This document shows, in pieces, positions 42,905 through 54,791 of a stretch of DNA of 64,000 nucleotides (its first letter is position 1; each line of letters starts with the position of its first letter). The DNA comes from a virus (Duplodnaviria; Caudoviricetes): IMG/VR virus record IMGVR_UViG_3300025389_001063. One strand, given 5' to 3'. A program made the position numbers and the translations under genes. Below the pieces are notes generated by a model, which saw nothing but the letters and a program-made list of their open reading frames with translations, was not told where the DNA came from and did not search any database.

Positions 42905-45092
42905 TTTGTATACCTCCAGGCATGTTATTACGTGCTTTATTCAGTAGTTTAGCAGCCTCAATACTGTTTTGCAACATCATGTGCCAAGGTAATATACCGT
43001 TTTTAAGATCGTCAATATCAACGTTGTGTGAGGATTGTTCTGACATATTTCATCAACAGTTTCTTATTTTTATGTTTAGATAGTGCTTTATATATGATTT
43101 TAAAAGCAGCATGTGATATTGGGGGCATAACGAAGTCTAGGGCGTGTATAGCAAGACTTTCACGTCTAATAAGGGTATTTTCCTGTTTTAGTTCTTTAAT
43201 TCTTGTGAGGGCTCGTCGTGTGATCTTGTTTGCTCTAGATTCGTTACATTTTTCCAGAGCAATAGCCATAATGTATAGATCGTCGAGTAGTTCTTTATCT
43301 TTTGACATTCTTCTTCCATTGTTTTTTTAGGAGGAATGCCTTAAATTTCAATTTACCTATGAACAGGTTGACTTTTTCTTTGAGTGTGGGATCTGCCTTA
43401 TTAAGTTTTAATTTGAGTAGATTTATTTCTTGTTGTTGCGCCTGTATAGTATAAGCAGCCTGTCTGCAAGTTGAAGCGCATTGTACTGATTCGTTAGCTT
43501 CGATAATATCTGCATATTTGTGTAGTTTATGGACCAGTTCTCTAGGCATGGGTAATCTCCCTTTATTAGGGGTATTTATAAAAATTTGCGTGCCGTGTAC
43601 TTCGTATTGTTCGGGGCTATGTCATCTTCCAAAGTGAGTAGAAGGCTAGAGACAGTGCTATTGTAAAGAAGGCTATTGGGCCACCTACAGCAATAGCAGT
43701 AGAAGTTATAACCACTATGGAGAAGAATGTGGCAGCGTGTCTTAGTATATGTACGGGTTTTGTTAATTCTTTATAAGTAGGTAGTTTGATTGGTTCTAGG
43801 GTTGTATCTTGTATAGGAGAATTCTTTTGTTTAAATGGCAATATGTTCGACATGGCAATTCCTTAAATGTGTTTGAATTGTGTTAACACTATATATGGAT
43901 TTGCCATGTGTGTCTAGATATTTTTAGTCAATAAGTCTATGAGAACTTGTAGTTGATTTATTTCCGTATAGTCGCCATTCTGCTTCTAGATTCTTCTGCA
44001 TTACTTTTAGTATAAGTGGTCCCCAATAGGGTATATTATTATCCCATTCTGGTTTGAATTTAAAGTAGAGATGACGTCCGTATTGTACGGCATTATCTGT
44101 ATCTATTACGCCAAATTTGATATGTTGTTCTAGATATTCTTTACAAGTTTTCATTCGGGATCCTTTATCTTACGTGTTAGTATAACAGTAAACAGTAGGG
44201 TAGAGCAAGCGAAATAGCCTGCTAATATAGCAAGTCCTTCCAATGCTTGAGGATTCGTGAGAACTTCGTGTAGAGTGATTTGATGAGGTGCCATATGTGT
44301 GTCTCCTTGTGTTCGGTATTTAGCGGCATAGGAGCCTTGTTGGGCCATCTTACTCTATTGAACTCTCTTGTGGATCCTCTACCTTCATCATAGAAGTACC
44401 ATTCTGTATTATTAGTGCAGGGTATTTGTGTACCGTATTCTTGGGGACTTTTATATACTCCGATTCTACGTGGGTGGTGTGGTTTCTTAACCTTGATGTC
44501 GGCCCATATGTAAGCAAAGTCACCTTCAAACTCTACATATAGGAATTTGGGTTTCCTGCCCTGTATATAGACTATTTGACTTTTGAGGGAGATGGGGTGG
44601 CGTAGTTTCATTGAAGGGCCAACCAAGCCATATATGCTATTGCCAACATCCATATGCCCGCTAGGAAGAATATTAATAGGAATAGTTGTTTATCGTTTAG
44701 GTACATTGTTTTTGCTTTTCTTTTGTGGGGTCTGCGATTATCTCGGGGTCTTCTAACCGTTCTGGCCTCTCGGCTATATGGTGATCGAATTGGTCTTCGG
44801 GCATTCATTTTACCTCCATCATCTCGCCGTGATCGAATATGTGTAATATGTATGGTCCATCTTCTAGTGTATCTATGTAGTATCCAGTGAGGGCTAGTTC
44901 GTCGTTGATCTCTTGTCCAGTACTATATAGTTTAATGGCTCGTTTTCTTAGGGGTGCTTTTGGGTCTACTAGGGCCCACAGTGCGAATCTATTGGATCCG
45001 CAAGCAATGGCTTTAAGTATCTTAGCACCACGGGGCATCTCAATATGGGTGGTGCTATAGTTAAAGAGGAATTTATCAACTATCACTGTCAA
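42837..45092 (-). CDS. Run of small hypothetical ORFs (42837, 43018, 43295, 43617, 43924, 44151, 44222, 44608, 44805)
   Basis: Densely packed same-strand ORFs; 44805..45092 has IEMPRGAKIL...LWALVD...YILHIF; TATAAATA at 43580-43573 precedes 43295..43549. Confidence 0.6.
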
Positions 45093-45245
45093 GAGACCTT
45101 ATGAACCAATTAGTTAGAAACCCTGTAGCAATACTGGAAATCCAGCCCCACATAAAGAATTCTTGTGGTTTGCTGTATATCATTGTGAGATTCTCTGTTA
45201 TTAGAAAACACATCATGGCTAGTAATATAACAGCAATAATCTTAA

Positions 45246-45626
45246 TCATGTGCCCCGTTCCTTTCTGTGATCTTCTTCCATAATATCATCCCAACTGACG
45301 TAATTGTCTTCGTGATAGAATTTGTTTGTTGTGTTTATATCTATCCTATGTGTGGCTTGTTTATATTCGTTATGGGAGGGTTCGATAGTGGCTTCCCATT
45401 TAAGCACTATGAAGTTTAGTAATTTACTATCACCTACTCTATAGAATATACGACTACTAGCAACACCGCGTCTACCGGGATTAGTAGTCCAACGTGGTGA
45501 ATGAATCTCGTAGAATTTATCGCTGATAGTTTGAGAATTCATCCAGTCTCTAATCTCCAATTCGCAATGTTGATTACAGAGAATGTAAGCCACGGGCCAG
45601 TTTTCCCATCCAATAGGTTGAGTCAT
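45246..45626 (-). CDS. Small protein, xxW / FxLKW family
   Basis: EIRDWMN...LLNFIVLKWE. Confidence 0.65.
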   Translation of the reverse strand: MTQPIGWENWPVAYILCNQHCELEIRDWMNSQTISDKFYEIHSPRWTTNPGRRGVASSRIFYRVGDSKLLNFIVLKWEATIEPSHNEYKQATHRIDINTTNKFYHEDNYVSWDDIMEEDHRKERGT

Positions 45627-46465
45627 TATGGTATTACCGCCAATCGTTTAATCAGACCCTTCTCAAATGCTCTTTGGAATGGGGTATAGTCTCTAAAGGA
45701 TACGCACCCATTACTAGCACCCTCGGGGTTCAGCATATATGTATGGGCCAGTAAGCCATCTCTATTATGTATTTCTTTCGAGCCCCCAACAGGGTTGAGC
45801 CTAATGGCCTTCACGCCATGGAAGGGTCGTTCACGCCATGATAGATCGTATATGTGTGGTGGTGTAGGTCCACGCATCCTAACATGGGTGTAGCGTGGAT
45901 TATCACGCATCTGTCCTAGGCCACTATGTGCTTCTATCTGGGTACCGTCTGGGAGATATACTTTATGATCTGTAATCTTATAAACAGCCATACCTGGTTG
46001 GGCCTGTATATCACTTGCGGGTTGTGTAAGTCTACGTACCACTCCAAATAGTTTTTCTGCTAAGTTCTCTTGGGGTGCGTATGCCAAGGCTTCTTGTGGT
46101 TGCTCTTGTTGTGGCTCTACATCTTTAGTAGTCTTGAAGTGAGCAGCAATAGCTTGATAGGCCTGTTTGAATTTAGGCTTATGTGGGGGTGTTGGAATGT
46201 GTGCCACTACATTTTTAATAACCTCACGAGCAGTATGTTTCTCGGGGACTAGTTCTTCAGTCTTAGGTTTATCACCTTTTAGATTAACTAAGACTGGTCC
46301 AAATGGATTACGTGAAATAGCAACATCTGCTGCTTTGGGCATTTCTTTAGCAATCTCTTCGCTTTTCTTTGGCTCAGCAAGGATGAAGCATCCAATTGCC
46401 AGTAGCGTGGTCATTGCTGTCGCACTCAGCAGAATCTTTTCACTTTTTAACATTCTTTTCTCCAA
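45626..46465 (-). CDS. Membrane-anchored DUF2778/Tlde1 (L,D-transpeptidase-fold) protein
   Basis: N-terminal hydrophobic helix; EAHSGLG, RGPTPP, AIRLNP, GLLAHTYML...SNGCVSF. Confidence 0.8.
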   Translation of the reverse strand: MEKRMLKSEKILLSATAMTTLLAIGCFILAEPKKSEEIAKEMPKAADVAISRNPFGPVLVNLKGDKPKTEELVPEKHTAREVIKNVVAHIPTPPHKPKFKQAYQAIAAHFKTTKDVEPQQEQPQEALAYAPQENLAEKLFGVVRRLTQPASDIQAQPGMAVYKITDHKVYLPDGTQIEAHSGLGQMRDNPRYTHVRMRGPTPPHIYDLSWRERPFHGVKAIRLNPVGGSKEIHNRDGLLAHTYMLNPEGASNGCVSFRDYTPFQRAFEKGLIKRLAVIP

Positions 46466-48904
46466 TTATTTTACCTTTACTATAGAGCAAACGCTCTTTT
46501 ATATTCTCCCTAAAAATATTATCAGTTACATTTGTATCTTTAATCTTCTCTGTTATTTCTTTGAGAAGCCTTTTAATTTCTGCGTCCATTGCTGCATTTT
46601 TTTCTTTGCGATCTCGTTCTTGATCATCTTCACAAAGAAGTAATTCAGCAGTATACTTTATTAGCATATATGTAATATACTTGTCACTCTTAATGGCAAT
46701 CTTCGAAGCTATGGAGCCGTGATAGACTGGAACAAATTCATCTTTTGGACAGTTCTTTGTCAGCCATTCCACAGCCTCGTAGCGGTACGTAATATCTATT
46801 TGTACCTGAGGCCAAGATCTCCATTCGTTAGTCAATTTGGATCTCTTATGTGACTAGGTCCCCATTTGAGTAACCAATATGTTTCTTGCTGTGGTAGCAT
46901 TGTAGTATAGGCGATATAGGTATTCATATCTTCCATAGGAGAATAATGACTATCTGCTTCTATCTTCATCTTTTCTTCTTGTGTCCAATTGAACCAAGGT
47001 TGCTTGATTATTAAATTTGCTAGACGTGAGTCTGTGCTGGATATTTCGCTATCGTTAAATCTATTATAGTACCAAGAGTTCATGGACCAAGTAAGTAGAT
47101 TAACTCTTTTCTTTGAGGAATTCTCTGAGGGCATTTTCTTTTTCTGCGTCCATGACAGAGATGGAAATTTCTCGTGCTCGATCATCTAGTAATATTCTCC
47201 AAGTATGATTTTGGGCCTGCCATTCTACCTTTTTTGAGTGTTGACTGCCCCAATGGGGTTCATATCCTTGTCTGGAACTGGGAGCCACGTGAGCAGTAAG
47301 CCAATCTATAATATCTCTATAGTTGTCATCCTGCCTGGGGATTATGATCATCTTCTATAGTCCATGCTCTAATTCCTTTTTCTGGTTTGGCTTCCCATTT
47401 AAGGATTGCGTAAGTTATAAGTTTAGCATCGTCGGTAATTAAAGTAAATTGATATGGACTATTCCAGGAATAGCATGTCCACTCTATGTTGTGTTCTCTA
47501 ATCCATGCTATACATTCGTACCATTCTTCATGTGTAAGAATTCTAGAAGTTATGATCATGTAAACTTCATAGCCACAATGAGGGCATCCTTACTATGTGT
47601 AAAGTATATTATATGCGTTAATGGGTCTGGTTTCCATTGTTTCATCTTAACATTAGTCATACACCAACCCATTGCTTCGTAGTATTTTATTCCTGAATCG
47701 AATTTGATCTTAGTCATAGTATTTCAGCATAAACAATGCTGCCTTCCCTTTGTCTACCATTTCCCCGGAATAGAAACCGTTTGGTTTACGACGATTGTAG
47801 TGTTTCTGTAGTTTAACTCCCCACCTTTCTTTAAGCCATGGATCAAAGTCAATTAAACCGTATTCTGCTTCTCGATACCAATTACCCCAATCGTGATGTG
47901 CTTTTAGGATGACCTTGTTTGGAATTTCCATTTTCATGAGAACCTCAACACAAATAGAGTTCGATCTTGTTCTTGTTCGAATGTGATAATATCGGGACTG
48001 TACCAGATATGTCTTATGGGTTTATCTTCAAGCCAGTCTATCATCTTCATTTCTTGTAGCATTTCGGGTTCGTCGAGAAAGTGGAGACTATATCCTGGCT
48101 TAAAGATAAAGTGATGTGGATTATCTATTAGTTTGAATCTCATCCTCAGGGACGTCCTCTTCCCAATAGCGACAATAGAAGTGATCTCCACAACTATCTA
48201 TTTCGTGCTGTGGATATCCATTTTCAATTAGCCATTTCATTTTATCGGTTATGTCATCTGGGAGGATTTTTGGAAATCCATATTGCCAACCAGATGGAGG
48301 ATCAATCATAGTGACCTTAGGCATAAGTTCCAACTTTCTCTTCGTCCGGGTTATATGATGCGTAGGCTCGGATAACCTGATCCAAACACATCTGAATAGT
48401 TACATTAGGCTTTAGGTCGCTCATAAAAGAATAGAGACGCACAGCCTTATCCAATAGTTCTTCTTCGCTCATTTGAGTAAGTTCGTAATCTTTGAATGAC
48501 AAGTTCATTTAGATTCTCCAGATTTCTGTTCCAAATTTTAGAGAAAGCATTATTACGATGTGCTTATCTCTAACATAGAAGTAAGCATACATGTTATTTA
48601 GGTTACTGTCAATATGTGGATGGTAGTCCTTTTCGTCCACATTTTGGGCGAGCCAATCGTGGACTTCTTTCGCTACTTTAAAGTCTTCGTTTGCTTTTGG
48701 ATCAAGTATTAGAACTTTAGCACAAGGCCACTGATACCAATTTTCCAGTAAACGATTTTTCTTCTTCTTATCCATAGCCTTATCATAACCGATAAAGTAT
48801 CCACTCATAAATCCAGATAGCATGGCCACACAAACAAATGCCAGCCATGCCATCACTTGTCCTTCACTCATGTTCTGTCGTATGCAGCAAATAATCTTAT
48901 CCAA
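46440..48904 (-). CDS. Run of small ORFs, mostly the xxW / FxL(K/R)(W/F) family (46440, 46832, 47100, 47326, 47556..47717 not in track, 47710, 47934, 48121, 48317, 48509)
   Basis: Shared C-terminal motif; 48121..48333 instead has IDPPSGWQYGFPK. Confidence 0.65.
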
Positions 48905-49613
48905 AGATAAACAAGCAAACTAATAATAAAAAATAGTAACCAAGAGTTGAGATATTCTTCTCGTTCAACAAGATGTTTGAAGTCAAAGTATTTTCCGTAA
49001 GTATTTGGATTACCGGCCATGAATTCGGCGGCTTTTTGATTTAGAGTATCGAAGTCGAAATATTTGCTCATTGTTATGCCCCTTGCATATACGAATATAT
49101 AGCAGAGGCATAAAATAGATTACTTTATTCCGAGTGCTTCTTTAGCAAGATTAGCAGCATCAAATACTGCTTTAGCATCTACAGATCCAGTAAATGGAGT
49201 AAATTTACTAATCTTTGTTAGTGCTTCTTTATATGTTTCGAGTGTTTTCTCGAGTTCTTTAATTCTATCTGTGTCAGCCATGGAAGTTCTCCCTGTGTAT
49301 TTAGACAGGACTATTGTTTGATTTTATCGGAGTTTTTAAGAACCTGTGTAAGGACATCCTCTCTAATACAAACGGCATCCCCTCTTAATGTTCTAACTGC
49401 TATACCTTTTTGTTCAGCACAGTTATCTAATATCTTTAATATATTAGAAGATTCTGTTGTGTAGTTCCATAGACTAAGAATAGAAAATCCTACCATAACA
49501 TAGAAGAATACATTAAAGATCCAAACCATTCCTTTTGGTGGAGTTGATTCTTCTGGTGGTTCGGGTTCTGCTTGTTGTTTTCTATATTTCTTCCAATCAA
49601 AATCAGTTGGCAT
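48868..49613 (-). CDS. Three small ORFs (48868..49071, 49120..49281 not in track, 49311..49613)
   Basis: Two carry single hydrophobic helices; SD sites present. Confidence 0.55.
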
Positions 49614-49616
49614 ATA

Positions 49617-49793
49617 CTATCCTTTTTTCTTCGGTTGTGGAGTATTCTTACCCATTGTACCAGTTACAGCAGGAGCAGTAACAATTTGATTAAGATCGGG
49701 ATGATTCTTCAGAAAATCATCTAGTTCTGAAATCTTCATAAATTGTTCGAATACTTCACCGGTATGTTTATCTTGAAATTGATATGTGGGCAT
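49617..49793 (-). CDS. 58 aa FmdB-like (Cys-less) small protein (not in track)
   Basis: MPTYQFQDKHTGEVFEQFMKISELDDFLKNHP; AAGGA SD. Confidence 0.65.
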   Translation of the reverse strand: MPTYQFQDKHTGEVFEQFMKISELDDFLKNHPDLNQIVTAPAVTGTMGKNTPQPKKKG

Positions 49794-49816
49794 TAGTAAT
49801 CCTTTTATAAACTATA

Positions 49817-49990
49817 TTAGTTCTTCTTCAGTAAGTCAAATGAATTGAGCGCATAGTCATATTCATATTTCTGACTCCACCAAAGCAATAGTCTTTCGCG
49901 TTCATATACATATCGCAGCCAGTACCATCGTCCGTTTATTTTTAGTGGCCACCAAAGAAATTTACGTTCCCATAAGGTCCAATTACTCAT
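49817..49990 (-). CDS. 57 aa Trp-rich protein (not in track)
   Basis: WERKFLWWPLKINGRWYWLRYV. Confidence 0.55.
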   Translation of the reverse strand: MSNWTLWERKFLWWPLKINGRWYWLRYVYERERLLLWWSQKYEYDYALNSFDLLKKN

Positions 49991-49997
49991 CTATTAA

Positions 49998-51255
49998 TTA
50001 TTTGATATCCCAAGACCTTGGAATGTTTCTGGATTTAAGCATAATCCAACTAAGTTCTTTATCGTCTATAGGATATTCTCGCCATTCGTTACACTGATCT
50101 TTAAGTACTTGGACATTGCCAAATTCAATACGGAGACATCGCTCACATTTTGTTAGCATACGATAATCTACCTGTGTATCGCTCTTATAGACGATTCCTT
50201 CGCCCATATCGTAATAGTATGTGATCATGTGTCTCAAATATTGCGGTCTCGCATATACTAATTTATCTTGATTGGCTTTGCTTTTAGCAGTATCCATGCC
50301 CATTCTTGGTCACTTATACGTTCATCTAGTCTATGTGGTTTGTAACTATCAATAACCATTTGGTTACAGTATATCTCTTCGATATGATTACCATAACCAC
50401 CCCAATGAAGCGTATCATTCGTTGATATATATGTCCCATCGTCTAAGAGATAATAATAGATCATGTATGTGGTGGATCTTTAACGCCGCCACTCTTAATT
50501 AGGATCAGCATCCAATCTTTAGGAGATACATATCTCGGTTCATCTAAGACCCATTTATCTTCCATAATGCAAGTAATATGTCCGTGTTCATATTTGTATA
50601 TTCTTATACCATAATCGTAAGTATAGAACATATGACTTTTAACAAAGGATCCATCGGTCATTTCGTAATAGTAGTGAGTATCGGGCCAATTATGATAATG
50701 TCGATCTATATAACTATCTTCCACGTTATTCACCTTGTGATTGAGAGACTGCTCTATGATAATATCTAGCAAATATATCTAATCTATCTTCTTCGGAGTA
50801 ACAATCTGGTATTGGGTAACCTTTTACTTGTAACCAAACAATTTCAGCCATTGATAAAAGGAATTCTTTTTCTCTGCGTTCGCTTTCTGCTAAAGCATTA
50901 AGAGTTTCGTAATGAGTCTCATTTATTTCTTGAAGCATTTTTGCAATCTTAATTCTTTTATCGCTCATAGACTTTCTCCAAATCTATTTATAGTATACAA
51001 TCAAGCATGTCCAGGATCAAAGTAATTTGACATTTTGGTAGGATGAGGTTTTGCTGCTAATAGTATAAAAGTAGTTTCCTGGGGATCTAGGTAGTAATAA
51101 GTTGTACCGTATCCAGCAATGCATTGTAGACCATTGTCTTGCATCTGGAATACTCTAGTGCTTATACTGGCAAGGAAAGGATCAAAGTAGTTTTCGTGAA
51201 TGTATGGTGGATTACCGTTCTTCTGAAAATTCTCTTCAATTTCGTAATAGTAAAT
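49998..51255 (-). CDS. Four YYY-motif paralogs (49998..50228, 50258..50464, 50461..50724, 51001..51255) plus 50726..50968
   Basis: N-terminal xYYY, C-terminal [DS]xxExxxIxL[KA]; 51001..51255 needs an ATT start. Confidence 0.6.
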
Positions 51256-51374
51256 TAGTTATCTCCGGGAATATAATGATAGTTAGTGTAAGCATTATAA
51301 AGACTGTAGCACATAAGCTGCATCCTATATAAAGTTTCTCTGCTACTATTAGTTTCTTTGGTCTAGCCATAATT

Positions 51375-51789
51375 TTACTTATCATCGTAATGGGCCTTGC
51401 CCAAATTGTCTACCCAGAATCCTGGCTTACGATTTATGCCTTCGTCTCTTAATTTTTTATCAAATTCAAATCTTTTTTCCACATACCAATATATTCGTTC
51501 TTGTTCATCATTTGGTGGAGTTTGTTTTCTGACCCATTCTATGTATTGCACTTCAAACTCTGCTTGTGTTATTATTGTCACAGCCCCACCTCATAAAGAA
51601 TAATAGTCTGTCGTTAGGGTCTTCTATTATTAAAAAGTGTGGCTCTTGTGTGACTACGACCCCGGGAAATGTTTTTATAGCTTCCCAATTCTTTACTGCC
51701 CACTGAACATCTCTAATATAGATGAGTTGTGGGACTTCTAAGTCTTCGCATGTTTCAAAGTACTTAGTACGCATGACTTTACTTATCAA
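51375..51789 (-). CDS. Two small ORFs (51375..51581, 51553..51789)
   Basis: 51553 ends DRLLFFMRWG (family motif). Confidence 0.6.
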
Positions 51790-53165
51790 AAATTAGCCCT
51801 CAAACGTATTCCAAAAACATGAGCAGAATGACTTTGACTATTAAAGTTAGGATTAATAACACGTTGATAATCAGCAGTTATAGCAAGTCTATCGTTAATA
51901 GTCCATTTGTAATAAGTTTCTATAGTTTTCTGAGCAGCATATCCTGCTGATCCTGCTCCATATGGGGTAAAACTGAGATCATTATTATTGAAGATGTTAT
52001 TTCCTTTAATATGTTGTATACCAAATGCAGCACCAATCTCATCTCCGGGTCTATTCCATAACTTCCCGTCAAACACAAGACCATTACTGAATGTATGAGT
52101 AATATCAGATATTGATACAGACTTATTATCCATACCTGCTCTCATAAAATATCCAATGCCGTCTGCTAATTGTTGTTGTAGATTAACACCAATACCAAAT
52201 ACAGTTCTTCGCATTAGATCGTTAAGTTCAGTTCTATTAATTCCATTTACATAATCAATAAGACTGTTAAGACCTTGGTATCCTCCATTCTGATCTAGAT
52301 ATCCGTAATCTCTATAACCAATTAGTTTAAGACTACCGGGATTATCGAATAAATGATATCTTCTTTCTAGTTCTGATATTAACATATATTGTCTTAAGGG
52401 AACTGGATCTATATTATTACTAGGTGGTGGTAGTGATCCCTGGAATATACCTGTTCTCCAAGACCAATTATAATAATGCCAATCAAACATAGCACCAACA
52501 GTAGTACCCCAAGAATTACCAACATAGTCAACAGAGTCAAATCCAGAAAAGGATTGATTCATAAACTTTCTAGTTGGGTCGTGAGCATATATGTTACCAT
52601 CAAATATATCGCCAACAGCAAACTTACCAAATGTAAATGTTAGGGTATTTTCAGAAACTTTATCAGCAAGTTTCTGTTCAACTGAAGCAAGTGCATCACT
52701 TCGTGTGCCGCTAAAGTCTGGCATAATAGTATCTTCGCCTTCTATGTCAATTACTTGTCTAAAGAATAATCTTTGTAATTGCATATAAGGATTATTAGTG
52801 TTTACATTTGGAACTGTGGAATTAACATTGTTAGCAAAGTCTATATTGTTTGAAATGTTATAACCTTGGTATATTTCTGTATTGCTATAAACACTAGCAC
52901 CTTTCCAAAGTTTCATACCAAGATAGAAACTGCTCTTAACCATATTGTCAACTTGACCTTTATTGAAAGGATTATTTGGATCAACGTTATTTTTATAAGT
53001 TGGATAACCTTGCACAGTATCAAGCACAAGTCCGTTGATGGTTAATGTGCTAAGTGGATTAGAGTCGTCTAGTTTCCAAGGCCAATCAAATTTAGGACTG
53101 TGATCAGCCCAAGCAGGAGTAGCAGCCAAAAGGAATATTAACCCTAGAGTCTTGGATTTAACCAT
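51786..53165 (-). CDS. OprB-family outer-membrane porin (MnoP-like)
   Basis: Signal peptide ...PAWA, QRLFFRQVI, TFGKFAVGDIFD..YAHDP..FMN, ETYY, DYQRVINP, C-terminal Phe. Confidence 0.85.
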   Translation of the reverse strand: MVKSKTLGLIFLLAATPAWADHSPKFDWPWKLDDSNPLSTLTINGLVLDTVQGYPTYKNNVDPNNPFNKGQVDNMVKSSFYLGMKLWKGASVYSNTEIYQGYNISNNIDFANNVNSTVPNVNTNNPYMQLQRLFFRQVIDIEGEDTIMPDFSGTRSDALASVEQKLADKVSENTLTFTFGKFAVGDIFDGNIYAHDPTRKFMNQSFSGFDSVDYVGNSWGTTVGAMFDWHYYNWSWRTGIFQGSLPPPSNNIDPVPLRQYMLISELERRYHLFDNPGSLKLIGYRDYGYLDQNGGYQGLNSLIDYVNGINRTELNDLMRRTVFGIGVNLQQQLADGIGYFMRAGMDNKSVSISDITHTFSNGLVFDGKLWNRPGDEIGAAFGIQHIKGNNIFNNNDLSFTPYGAGSAGYAAQKTIETYYKWTINDRLAITADYQRVINPNFNSQSHSAHVFGIRLRANF

Positions 53166-53208
53166 AATAGGATAATAGCATATTGCTTAAAAAATAAGTA
53201 GTTTTATC

Positions 53209-54000
53209 ATGCTCAAACATCAATTTTTAAATTCTGATCGATTCAAAATATACAATACGACTCATGGATGGTTTTATACAGATACTTTAGAACAGTACAA
53301 TAAAGTAAAGGACAATCCACAAGTTCAATATAACCCTGGAGAAGTTGTTTACAAATTTAATAATAGAGGATTTCGTTGTGATGATTTTAGTAACTGGAAA
53401 AATCATCCAATTAGGATTTTATTTGCAGGATGCAGTGAAACCGAAGGAGTGGGTATTCCTCTAGAGAAAACCTGGGCAAAACTATTTCACAACATGCTTT
53501 GTGATCAATTGGGTCCAATACCTTTTTGGAGCATTGCACATAGTGGTGCCAGTATGGATCATTTAGTAAAACATTTATATTTGGAAGGCAATGAATTACG
53601 TCCACAGATAGTAATATCTTTATTACCTAGATTTGAGAGAAGAGAGCGATGGAGTGAAGACCATTGGGGACCTTGGTTAACTTATACAAAGGAAGATAAG
53701 AATACTGCTAAGATATTTCTCAAAGAAGAATATATTAGATATCAAACCGAAAAGAATTTATCATTTATTGATCTCCTTATGAATAGATGGGATAGTTTAT
53801 TTCTCTATTCAAAAATCGATTCCGATTATGATCTTAGTAACATAACATTTTCAAAATTTAAGAATGTCGATCATCGATTGGAATTTATTGATCTTGGGAG
53901 AGATGGGTGGCATGCTGGTCCGGAATCAAATAAATTATTTGCTGAAAGAATGTTTAATGATTTTTATCCTTACATAAGAGAAAAATTAAATGATTCCTGA
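53209..54000 (+). CDS. SGNH-like protein, family B paralog 1
   Basis: YKFNNRGFRCDDF, FAGCSETEG, DGWHAGPESN. Confidence 0.7.
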   Translation: MLKHQFLNSDRFKIYNTTHGWFYTDTLEQYNKVKDNPQVQYNPGEVVYKFNNRGFRCDDFSNWKNHPIRILFAGCSETEGVGIPLEKTWAKLFHNMLCDQLGPIPFWSIAHSGASMDHLVKHLYLEGNELRPQIVISLLPRFERRERWSEDHWGPWLTYTKEDKNTAKIFLKEEYIRYQTEKNLSFIDLLMNRWDSLFLYSKIDSDYDLSNITFSKFKNVDHRLEFIDLGRDGWHAGPESNKLFAERMFNDFYPYIREKLNDS

Positions 54001-54766
54001 ATTTTTAGATATCAGAAGAGACATTGTTGCCAACAAAACATTTCAGTGGATGCCCATGGATACTGAAGAGAATTATACAAAAGTCAAAGACTTAGTTCCT
54101 TATGGGCCAAACGATATTACTTACAAATACAATAATTATGGATTTCGATGTGATGACTTTGATAGTTGGGAAAAGTATCTTTATCGAATTTTATTTGCAG
54201 GATGCAGTATGACTGAAGGCATTGGACTTCCGCTAGAAGACCTATGGACCAAAAAGTTACATAGCATGATTTGTAAAGAATTAAATCAAGAAATACCTTA
54301 TTGGAGTATTGCATCAGGTGGAACTGGGTTGGATCATATGACTCGTTATCTTTATAATTTAAAGGATCTATTACGTCCACAAATTATAATATGTTACATT
54401 CCTAGTTCTGTTAGACGTGAACGATGGCATGAAGATCGCTGGAGTGTTTGGTCTCTGGAAAGAGAAAAAGATACAGATTTTTTAACGAATGAGCAATTGG
54501 TTAATTATCAAACTGAAAAAAATTTAGTTATGATTAATCTAATGTGTGAAGAAATAGATGCACATTTTTTATATTCGAGACAGTTTGAGGAGTATAAAGT
54601 AGAAAATCTTAATCTTTCGAATTTTATCTATAAAGAATTATTCATAATGCAATTGGATCTTGCTAGGGACAATATGCATGCCGGGCCAAAATCAAATGAG
54701 TTATTTGCCAATACTGCTTTTGAAATTTTTTGGCCAAATATATCAGAAAAGTTAGGCTTGACATAA
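53990..54766 (+). CDS. SGNH-like protein, family B paralog 2
   Basis: YKYNNYGFRCDDF, FAGCSMTEG, DNMHAGPKSN. Confidence 0.7.
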   Translation: MIPEFLDIRRDIVANKTFQWMPMDTEENYTKVKDLVPYGPNDITYKYNNYGFRCDDFDSWEKYLYRILFAGCSMTEGIGLPLEDLWTKKLHSMICKELNQEIPYWSIASGGTGLDHMTRYLYNLKDLLRPQIIICYIPSSVRRERWHEDRWSVWSLEREKDTDFLTNEQLVNYQTEKNLVMINLMCEEIDAHFLYSRQFEEYKVENLNLSNFIYKELFIMQLDLARDNMHAGPKSNELFANTAFEIFWPNISEKLGLT

Positions 54767-54791
54767 TAAAAAATGATGTTTAAATAAGAGT

